DNA of 64,000 nucleotides from Gammaproteobacteria bacterium (GTDB taxonomy: Bacteria; Pseudomonadota; Gammaproteobacteria; Eutrophobiales; Eutrophobiaceae): NCBI GenBank assembly GCA_965243205.1, contig CBDEUK010000001.1, positions 224,001-288,000 of the forward strand, given 5' to 3'. Positions 41,308 to 47,810 of the stretch are shown piece by piece; position 1 is the stretch's first letter; the number at the start of each line of letters is the position of its first letter. The notes beneath the pieces were generated by a model that was not told where the DNA came from, did not search any database, and saw only the letters and a program-made list of their open reading frames with translations. Both the position numbers and the translations under genes were made by a program.

Positions 41308-42048
41308 TTAAAAACCCAATAAAGCTAAATTCTTATTAAGTTCAGTATCATTCGGATAGATAGTTAATGCTTTTTCATAAACTACTTTTGCTTTTTTAAG
41401 TAATACACTATCTTGCTTTTCATAACCTTCTTGATGATAAGTTTTTGCAATCAATACTAAAGCATTTTTATCGTTAGTATTGTAGGCAAGAGATTTATAT
41501 AAATACTGTCTGGATTCTTTATAACGCTTTTTCTCAAACAATTTAAATGCTTCAATATTATAAATCCCTGAGATGCCAGTACGCATTTTAGTGACGTATT
41601 GTTTTGGAGTTAGATCTCCTTGTTTTGAAAAAGGGTGAAGTTTTATAAATTCTTTACTAATACCTGGAACGGTTACTATAAGTGTTGGATACCCAGTCCC
41701 TTTATATTTAGATTTAAAAAGTGAATGAGCTTTACTAGATTTTTCAGGGTTAATTTGGAGTTTTTGTAATTCAGAAGATAATTTTTTAAAAACTTTAGTC
41801 GTCAGATATTCATTATTCAATCTTCTACAATAGGAACACCAATCTGTATAAAAGTATATTATAAGGGGTGTTTGATCTTTAGAAGCTTTCTTAATAACCT
41901 TTGGATATTCATATCCTTTAGGCCAATTGGGTAGTTCATTAGCAAAACTTTGTATCGATATAAAAATCAAAGCTAGCAAAATTATAAATCTACTCATCCA
42001 TACTTCTCCATAATTCAATCTTCTTTTTGTAAACCCATTAAACTTCAT
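41308..42048 (-). CDS. Exported thioredoxin-fold protein with TPR-like C-terminus
   Basis: Signal peptide; WCSYC; GYPT cis-Pro loop; YEKALTIYPND. Confidence 0.75.
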   Translation of the reverse strand: MKFNGFTKRRLNYGEVWMSRFIILLALIFISIQSFANELPNWPKGYEYPKVIKKASKDQTPLIIYFYTDWCSYCRRLNNEYLTTKVFKKLSSELQKLQINPEKSSKAHSLFKSKYKGTGYPTLIVTVPGISKEFIKLHPFSKQGDLTPKQYVTKMRTGISGIYNIEAFKLFEKKRYKESRQYLYKSLAYNTNDKNALVLIAKTYHQEGYEKQDSVLLKKAKVVYEKALTIYPNDTELNKNLALLGF

Positions 42049-42084
42049 TACATATGATTTAAAATCTCTGTTGTTCTTGATGTC

Positions 42085-42513
42085 CTATTCCTTAAAAACA
42101 GGCAAACCAGCCTTTTTCCACGATTTATAGTGCCCTTTTAATTCAATAGGATTTTCAAAACCCGCTTGTTTTAATAATTTAATCGCTTTTCTTGCTCTCG
42201 GACCACCGTGGCAATAAACCACGATCAAATCATTTTTATTATTGGCAAGCTGTGATAATTGCTTAGAAAGTTGTTTGATCGGGATATGTATCGCGCTTTT
42301 TATATGACCCTTATCAAATTCCTTTTGCGTACGCACATCTAGAATCACGGGTACATCGTTGTTCGTTATCTGAGAGTGTAATTCTTCAGCTGAAATGAAC
42401 TCGTTAGTGCTGGAAGAACACGAAAATAAACTGAATAGAAACATGCAAAAAAATGGTAAAACTCTTGGAAAAATCATAGGAATTAAGATAGAGTTGTATT
42501 TACGGTTGGTCAA
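42085..42513 (-). CDS. Rhodanese-like lipoprotein (likely start ATG 42477)
   Basis: Lipobox LFSC; ILDVRT..EF..GHI; YCHGGPRA active loop. Confidence 0.88.
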   Translation of the reverse strand: MTNRKYNSILIPMIFPRVLPFFCMFLFSLFSCSSSTNEFISAEELHSQITNNDVPVILDVRTQKEFDKGHIKSAIHIPIKQLSKQLSQLANNKNDLIVVYCHGGPRARKAIKLLKQAGFENPIELKGHYKSWKKAGLPVFKE

Positions 42514-42559
42514 GGTTAAACCGTCATCTTTATCGATATGCTTGTTCAGATACAGAGAT

Positions 42560-42689
42560 AAAAAAAAACCGCTAGAAATCTAGCGGTTATAAAAATTTAC
42601 ACTCGTATCTAGGAGTTTGTTAAGAGTACTTAACAAAACACATAACCCTAATCTGTCTCTGAACAAGCAGAATCACATCAGAGTTACAT
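42560..42689 (-). ncRNA. Putative sigma54-dependent small RNA, copy 1 (~128 nt)
   Basis: Starts about 11 nt after TGGCACACGGCCTGCA; 13-bp 5' stem, second stem, AAACTCCT motif, terminator AACCGCTAGA-TT-TCTAGCGGTT plus U-tract. Confidence 0.75.
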
Positions 42690-42698
42690 TTCCTATAT

Positions 42699-42817
42699 TG
42701 CAGGCCGTGTGCCAGTTTTAAATAACTATTTAATATCAATAGGTTATGAGTTTTTTTATGTATTTTAGTCGTAAAAAATAAAATTTTTTCTTCAATTGTG
42801 TCCCCTATTAGAAACAC
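42699..42817 (-). promoter_or_regulatory. Sigma54 promoter module 1 (-24/-12, IHF site, enhancer palindrome)
   Basis: TGGCACACGGCCTGCA 42699-42714; TATCAATAGGTTA 42734-42746 (WATCAANNNNTTR); GTGTCCC-N6-GAAACAC 42798-42817. Confidence 0.8.
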
Positions 42818-42861
42818 TTTTAAGAAAAAAATAATAAATACTTAATTGATGGGCTTGGGGC

Positions 42862-42990
42862 AAAAAAAAACCGCTAGAAATCTAGCGGTTATAAAAATTT
42901 ACACTCGTATCTAGGAGTTTGTTAAGAGTACTTAACAAAACACATAACCCTAATTTGTCTCTGTGAAACAGAATCACACCAGAGCTATGC
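42862..42990 (-). ncRNA. Putative sigma54-dependent small RNA, copy 2 (~128 nt)
   Basis: Same architecture as copy 1; substitutions in the 5' arm all preserve pairing. Confidence 0.75.
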
Positions 42991-42999
42991 TTCCTATAT

Positions 43000-43118
43000 T
43001 GCAGGCGGTGTGCCAGTTTTAAATAGTCATTTATTATCAATGACTTATGCGTTTTTTTATGTGTTTTAGTCGTAAAAAATAAATTTTTTTCTTCAATTGT
43101 GTCCCCTATTAGAAACAC
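43000..43118 (-). promoter_or_regulatory. Sigma54 promoter module 2 (-24/-12, IHF site, enhancer palindrome)
   Basis: TGGCACACCGCCTGCA 43000-43015; TATCAATGACTTA 43035-43047; GTGTCCC-N6-GAAACAC 43099-43118. Confidence 0.8.
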
Positions 43119-43132
43119 TTTTTAAGAAAAAA

Positions 43133-44233
43133 TCAGACATATTGATCGACGAGACCATTATTGATAATCACTGGTTTAACAGATGTAGATTCTTCTTGGA
43201 AGGAATCTGATTCTGATGAAAATGATCTTGGCTCTTGTATAAATGTTGTTTGCTCTGAAAACTCTTTATTAGCTCGCTGATCGGAAACATTTACATCGCC
43301 TAAGTTGACTCCAGATTGGGACATCATATCGCGCAATTTTGGAAAGGCATCCTCAATGACCTCACGTACTTGAGAATGTTGTGAAATAAATTGGATATGT
43401 GTGCCTTCTGAATTCATATTCAAACGAATTTCGACAGGGCCTAGTTCAGCAGGGTTAATTTGGATCTTGGCAACCTGATTTTGTCCTTGCGCTAACATAA
43501 CAACTCGTGAATTAAATGCCTCTTGCCATTGAGGCTTACCCATAGCGGTATCGACTACTGCAGTAGCAATATATGGTTTAGCCACAGGTGATGTATTTGA
43601 TGGCTGTTGAGGATTTATAGTGGAAACTGAGCTATCCAACTTAAGTTGGCCATCACTTAGATTCAACTTAGTTAATAAATTACGATTATTAGGTAAAGCT
43701 ATCCAGTCAGATTCTTTTTGTTTAAATTTCTGACCTTCGAATAACTGGCTTAATTGTGATGAAAATTCTTTTAATGCAGACTTTTCAGATTGACTCGCTT
43801 CAATTTCCTTAAAGTCTAGTTCAGATAATTTCTTTGCTAGATTATTCAATTCAGTAAGATTGATTCCTTGCTTATCACCAGTGGCAATAAAATTTTCAAG
43901 ATGACCTTTGAGTTGATCCAACTTGGATTGATCCACACCTAACTGTTGAGTCAAATTGAGATTATTCAAAAAACCCAAGATTTGCTCGGCCAATTCAGGC
44001 GGCAATTCCATCCCCTGCAAATCCTGCAGCGGCAAATTCAGGTCTAACAATTCAATTGGTAATCCACCGGCCAAAGCCGCTAAATCAAAATCCAAACCTA
44101 TCTCGGAACCAGCCTGAAAATCTTTTAAATTCAATTGCTTAGAGCCAAAAGCAAATTGCGAGCCCTCGATACCAGAAGCCGTCTTCGGCATACTTGTTGT
44201 AAGTAATGGTGTTGAAATCAATGTTTTTTCCAT
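43133..44233 (-). CDS. fliK: Hook-length control protein FliK
   Basis: AKIQINPAELGPVEI, VREVIE.AFPKLRDM, GVNLGDVNVS, GLVDQYV. Confidence 0.88.
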   Translation of the reverse strand: MEKTLISTPLLTTSMPKTASGIEGSQFAFGSKQLNLKDFQAGSEIGLDFDLAALAGGLPIELLDLNLPLQDLQGMELPPELAEQILGFLNNLNLTQQLGVDQSKLDQLKGHLENFIATGDKQGINLTELNNLAKKLSELDFKEIEASQSEKSALKEFSSQLSQLFEGQKFKQKESDWIALPNNRNLLTKLNLSDGQLKLDSSVSTINPQQPSNTSPVAKPYIATAVVDTAMGKPQWQEAFNSRVVMLAQGQNQVAKIQINPAELGPVEIRLNMNSEGTHIQFISQHSQVREVIEDAFPKLRDMMSQSGVNLGDVNVSDQRANKEFSEQTTFIQEPRSFSSESDSFQEESTSVKPVIINNGLVDQYV

Positions 44234-44260
44234 CCAATAAATTTGATTTATTAGGGAAAT

Positions 44261-44276
44261 TGCAATCGATATGCCA
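44261..44276 (-). promoter_or_regulatory. Sigma54 promoter for fliK
   Basis: TGGCATATCGATTGCA. Confidence 0.75.
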
Positions 44277-44364
44277 GCCTAAGAATAAAGCCTGACTGTT
44301 TGAGTCTTAATAAGTGCACGATATAATCCTTTCATAAACTACAACTCAATACAGGGACTGTTTT

Positions 44365-44835
44365 ATGGTCAAATTCTTAACATTTATCGTAGCTATTGCC
44401 GCTGGCTATTACATTTACGCTTACCACTCTCCGTTCCAAACCGAAGTCACCGATCCTTATTATTTAGCTGTGCGTATTAATGATCCTGATACAGGCGTTA
44501 AGTTTGTAGGTTTTGGAAAAATGAATTCTTTAGCTGATTGCGAAGCGAGAGGATTATTAGTTTGGAAAAAAACATTCAGTAGAGTTGGGACTATCAAACG
44601 AAAATCTGAATGCAAAAAAGAAATCTCTAAAAAATTTATGAAGCTATTTCAAAACAAACAAATGAATGCAACTTACATAGTATTTGATAAAGGGAATAAA
44701 CGAGAACGAGATGGGCGTTTTTTAGTGTACGGCGTTCCTTCCAGTCATGTAAAAAAATGGTGTGATAAATTTATAAAAAATACTAAAACCGACTACCAAG
44801 GCACAATAAGTTGTATTCAAGGGAAAGTGGGATAA
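44365..44835 (+). CDS. Hypothetical membrane-anchored protein with four Cys
   Basis: ORF with N-terminal hydrophobic anchor; no recognised family. Confidence 0.65.
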   Translation: MVKFLTFIVAIAAGYYIYAYHSPFQTEVTDPYYLAVRINDPDTGVKFVGFGKMNSLADCEARGLLVWKKTFSRVGTIKRKSECKKEISKKFMKLFQNKQMNATYIVFDKGNKRERDGRFLVYGVPSSHVKKWCDKFIKNTKTDYQGTISCIQGKVG

Positions 44836-44945
44836 ATAATATTCTATCTTTAATTGAGGGGAAGAAAGCAAAATGAAAATAACTAATAATGACTATTTAA
44901 TCGAAGTGACATGTTATAACGCGTTACTTTTATGTCTAATTATAG

Positions 44946-45465
44946 TTAAATTTCACAAGGATTATAATACAAATGAACGAAGTAAAAATATTAAAATACA
45001 TATTAAGATTTAGCTTAATATATTTAGTCGCAATTATACTAGTTGGAACCATATTAATCTTACTGAATATCGATAGTAATTCGGGCGCAAAAATAGGCGC
45101 CTTATTAGCCGCAGTAGTAATGACTATAGATAAATTTTTAAAAGACAATAAAAGGATTCCTAATAAACAAGAAAAATCTAAATTAGTCTGGGGTTCTTTA
45201 ATTGCATCTTTTATAGTTTCATCATTAGTTGTAGTGCCTTTATTAATTTTGTCAGGAGAATTCTCTAACATCATTAAACTAATATCTGGTGAAAGTTCCA
45301 AATATTTCCTTGCAGCGTTTATTTTTATCACTGTCATTTATTATCTACTTTTAACTTTTTTTTATGGTTCTTTCTCAAAATCGTTATATAAAAACATGAA
45401 AAAGAAAGGTGAAATTTAACAAGTCATTCCAGCCGACCGCTAAAAGCGGCGACTGAATTCAAACG
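44946..45465 (+). mobile_element. Integron gene cassette (no integrase in window)
   Basis: Begins G|TTAAAT (44945-44951), the exact complement of its R'' ATTTAAC (45414-45420); single ORF whose stop lies in R''. Confidence 0.8.
44973..45419 (+). CDS. Four-TM membrane protein (ABZJ_00895-like), cassette gene
   Basis: Four hydrophobic segments; FLKDNKRIPNKQEK loop. Confidence 0.7.
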   Translation: MNEVKILKYILRFSLIYLVAIILVGTILILLNIDSNSGAKIGALLAAVVMTIDKFLKDNKRIPNKQEKSKLVWGSLIASFIVSSLVVVPLLILSGEFSNIIKLISGESSKYFLAAFIFITVIYYLLLTFFYGSFSKSLYKNMKKKGEI

Positions 45466-45471
45466 TTAGGT
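45414..45471 (+). mobile_element. attC site (58 bp)
   Basis: R'' ATTTAAC, L'' ATTC(C)AG with extra base, CCGC-TAAAA-GCGG loop, L' CTGAAT, R' GTTAGGT. Confidence 0.88.
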
Positions 45472-45486
45472 TTCAAGTGAATTAAT

Positions 45487-45759
45487 ATGGGATTAGATTC
45501 AGTTGAATTAGTAATATCATTTGAACAACATTTTGGAATTGTCATTTCTGACGCTGATGCAGAAAAAATGTTAACTCCTGGTGTTGTTTATGAATATGTA
45601 TTAAAAGCATTAGAGAAAAAAAGAAATTCTATTACCCCAGAAATAGCAAAAGGAATTATTTGGAAACAAATTGTAGAAATCGTTGTGAATCAACTTGGAG
45701 TAAAACCAGAAGAAGTTAATTATGACTCTAGATTCGTACAAGATTTAAAAATGGATTAA
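45487..45759 (+). CDS. Circularly permuted acyl-carrier-protein-like protein
   Basis: N-half LDSVELV..FEQHFGIVISDADAEK resembles the ACP C-half; C-half IVVNQLGVKPEEV..DSRFVQDL.MD resembles the ACP N-half. Confidence 0.75.
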   Translation: MGLDSVELVISFEQHFGIVISDADAEKMLTPGVVYEYVLKALEKKRNSITPEIAKGIIWKQIVEIVVNQLGVKPEEVNYDSRFVQDLKMD

Positions 45760-45780
45760 AATTAAAATAGGTTTAAACGT

Positions 45781-46197
45781 ATGAACCAAGAACTAATCTT
45801 ATTCCCAATAATTGCACTGGCAATACTTACCTTTGGTATAGGTATTTGGTTTGCGATTATACGAGTTCGAGCCGTAAAAAATGGCGACATAAACCCTGCT
45901 TATTATCAATTAAATAGAGGCTCTAAACTTCCTGAATATTATGCAAAGGTAAATAACAATTATAATAATCTTTTAGAAATACCAATTCTTTTTTATATCA
46001 TATCTATTTTAATCTATGTTACAAACAATACAGACTTGGTTTATGTAATCCTATCATGGCTTTTTGTGCTAACTAGGTATATTCATAGCTACATACATAC
46101 TACCTATAATAATGTTAGACATAGAAGAATCCCGTTTCTTATAGGAGTATTGGTTTTAATCATTGAATGGATTCGCTTTAGTATGCAATTACTGTGA
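45781..46197 (+). CDS. MAPEG family membrane protein
   Basis: NNYNNLLEIPILFY, WLFVLTRYIHSYIH, RRIPF. Confidence 0.85.
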   Translation: MNQELILFPIIALAILTFGIGIWFAIIRVRAVKNGDINPAYYQLNRGSKLPEYYAKVNNNYNNLLEIPILFYIISILIYVTNNTDLVYVILSWLFVLTRYIHSYIHTTYNNVRHRRIPFLIGVLVLIIEWIRFSMQLL

Positions 46198-46258
46198 TTA
46201 AAGGAACTGTTTCATTTATTTATTCAGTTCATGAACTAAATCATCTACTTTCATAAAA

Positions 46259-46648
46259 ATGATTTACGAAGTTAAAAAAGGACAATTAAAAGACGGAAAT
46301 CGGTATCGTCGTTGGTTTACCTGTGATGTTTTCGATTTATTTCTATGGACTGATAAGAAAGGAGACATGGAAAAATTTCAAATATGTATAAAACCTCAAC
46401 ATTCTATATCTCCAGATATTGATATGGTGGAAGAAGTTATTACATGGGAAATAAATGAAGAGTTTAGTTTTGATAAAGTTACGCAAACTCAAAGATACAA
46501 AACACCAATTTTAGAAAAAAGCGAACCGTTTAATATAAATACATTAATAAAAACATTTTCAGAATTATCTAATAATATTGATACTGAAATTAAAAGTTTT
46601 ATCAATCAAAAACTTTATTTACTTAAAGACAAAACTAATACAGTATGA
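46259..46648 (+). CDS. Hypothetical protein
   Basis: RRWFT..FDLFLW..FQIC motif; ATGA-type overlap region with the next gene. Confidence 0.65.
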   Translation: MIYEVKKGQLKDGNRYRRWFTCDVFDLFLWTDKKGDMEKFQICIKPQHSISPDIDMVEEVITWEINEEFSFDKVTQTQRYKTPILEKSEPFNINTLIKTFSELSNNIDTEIKSFINQKLYLLKDKTNTV

Positions 46649-47010
46649 CATATGATGAATACAATTCGTTTTGTCGTTCTCTTACAGCAACGACTTACGT
46701 TGTGCAATGGGGTGGCTCGCATGTATGGAAAGTAGGCGGAAAGGTATTTGCTATTGGAGGTTGGAGTAAATTAGATAAACCTGCGTTTACTTTTAAAACT
46801 TCAGATACAGATTTTTTTCATCTGCAAGATGAAGCTGGCTATAGACCAGCACCCTATATGGCTTCGCGAGGTATGAAATGGATACAATTATATGATAGCC
46901 GTAAAGACACTGACGATGATCTGAAATTTTATCTTAAAGAATCTCATCGCATTGTTTCTTTCGGTTTAAGCAAGAAAAAACGAAAAGAACTTGGGCTTTA
47001 TCAAGACTAA
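46645..47010 (+). CDS. MmcQ/YjbR family protein
   Basis: QWGGSHVWKVGGKVFA, PAPYMASRGMKW, SHRIV..LSKKKR. Confidence 0.88.
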   Translation: MTYDEYNSFCRSLTATTYVVQWGGSHVWKVGGKVFAIGGWSKLDKPAFTFKTSDTDFFHLQDEAGYRPAPYMASRGMKWIQLYDSRKDTDDDLKFYLKESHRIVSFGLSKKKRKELGLYQD

Positions 47011-47027
47011 CTAACTGAAGTCATCTA

Positions 47028-47354
47028 ATGAAAAAACTGCATATCGCAATTTCAACTAACAAAATAGAAGAGTCTGTTAAAGATTACAGTAAAAGACTTG
47101 GGATTGAGCCATGTTCGTATATCGAGAATGAATATGCTTTATGGAGAACTGAATTTCTCAATTTATCTATTCGTCATGATTCGAATTGCCATTCTGGTGA
47201 ACTCAGACATTTAGGTTGGGAAGATTCATCTGCGACTGAATTCACTTCAGAAACTGATGTTAATGGTATTGTTTGGGAAAATTTCACTGCACAACAACAA
47301 GCAGATGAAATTAATGAATTATGGCCTAACGCGAACTATGAACCTGATATTTAA
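47028..47354 (+). CDS. VOC/glyoxalase-like small protein
   Basis: LHIAIST..EESVKDYS..LG, LRHLGWE, DVNGIVWE. Confidence 0.65.
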   Translation: MKKLHIAISTNKIEESVKDYSKRLGIEPCSYIENEYALWRTEFLNLSIRHDSNCHSGELRHLGWEDSSATEFTSETDVNGIVWENFTAQQQADEINELWPNANYEPDI

Positions 47355-47381
47355 ATTTAAATACAATATTACAACCAATAA

Positions 47382-47810
47382 TTAATTCGTTTTTAACTTA
47401 CACACCCTATCATCAATCTCTCTTTGTTCATGTTCATCCTGAATCTTCTGTTCTGTAATTTCTATTTTTTCAATAATCTTATCGTAAGCATCGTTTTTTT
47501 GTTTAGCTTGTAACCAATTAGTTTGGTCATGTGCTGCTTTAACCCGCAGTTGTTCAATTTGTTGTTTTAACATTTCAATCGCTTGATCAATTTGTTTTAT
47601 AAATTTCTGTTTATCTCTCAAGAGTTGAATTGATATTGTCGAAGAGGACATATTATTCGTATATTCATTACGATACTGTTGCATCTGCTCAAGCTTATCC
47701 TGATACTGTTTTAATTCATTATTACTACTTGCTAAAACAGTCGCAGCATTATCTTGCTTTTTTGAAGCAATTTTCAATAAAGGTTGTAATCTTTTTGTTC
47801 GTGGTGTCAT
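47382..47810 (-). CDS. fliJ: Flagellar export chaperone FliJ
   Basis: Coiled coil, YRNEY, FIKQIDQAI, EQREIDD; follows fliI. Confidence 0.88.
   Translation of the reverse strand: MTPRTKRLQPLLKIASKKQDNAATVLASSNNELKQYQDKLEQMQQYRNEYTNNMSSSTISIQLLRDKQKFIKQIDQAIEMLKQQIEQLRVKAAHDQTNWLQAKQKNDAYDKIIEKIEITEQKIQDEHEQREIDDRVCKLKTN

Larger units (their letters stand above)
42560..43132. repeat. Tandem duplication of a ~302-bp non-coding unit
   Basis: Copies at about 42560-42830 and 42862-43132; 3' ~93 nt identical, upstream part highly similar. Confidence 0.97.

Noticed and set aside
42620-42643. 7-codon ORF MCFVKYS inside both sRNAs
   Set aside because: No convincing SD, the start codon is buried in the 5' stem, and identity is explained by the identical RNA core
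42620-43118. Paralogous ORFs 42620-42817 and 42882-43118 (MFLIGDTIEEK...)
   Set aside because: They start inside the enhancer palindrome, run through the sigma54 promoter, lack an SD and go out of frame with each other after a 1-nt indel; conservation fits RNA structure and promoter elements better
42560-43132. Type I toxin-antitoxin or CRISPR reading of the tandem repeat
   Set aside because: No conserved hydrophobic toxin ORF (the plus-strand frame after AGGAG stops early in copy 2), no repeat-spacer periodicity and no cas genes
44936-45337. 133-aa minus-strand ORF and the other short ORFs nested in flagellar and metabolic genes
   Set aside because: Antisense or off-frame shadows of well-supported genes
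46198-47030. Further attC sites between the accessory genes (AGTTCATGAACT palindrome; GACTAAC at the MmcQ stop)
   Set aside because: No paired R''/R' and L boxes at proper spacing; at most decayed remnants
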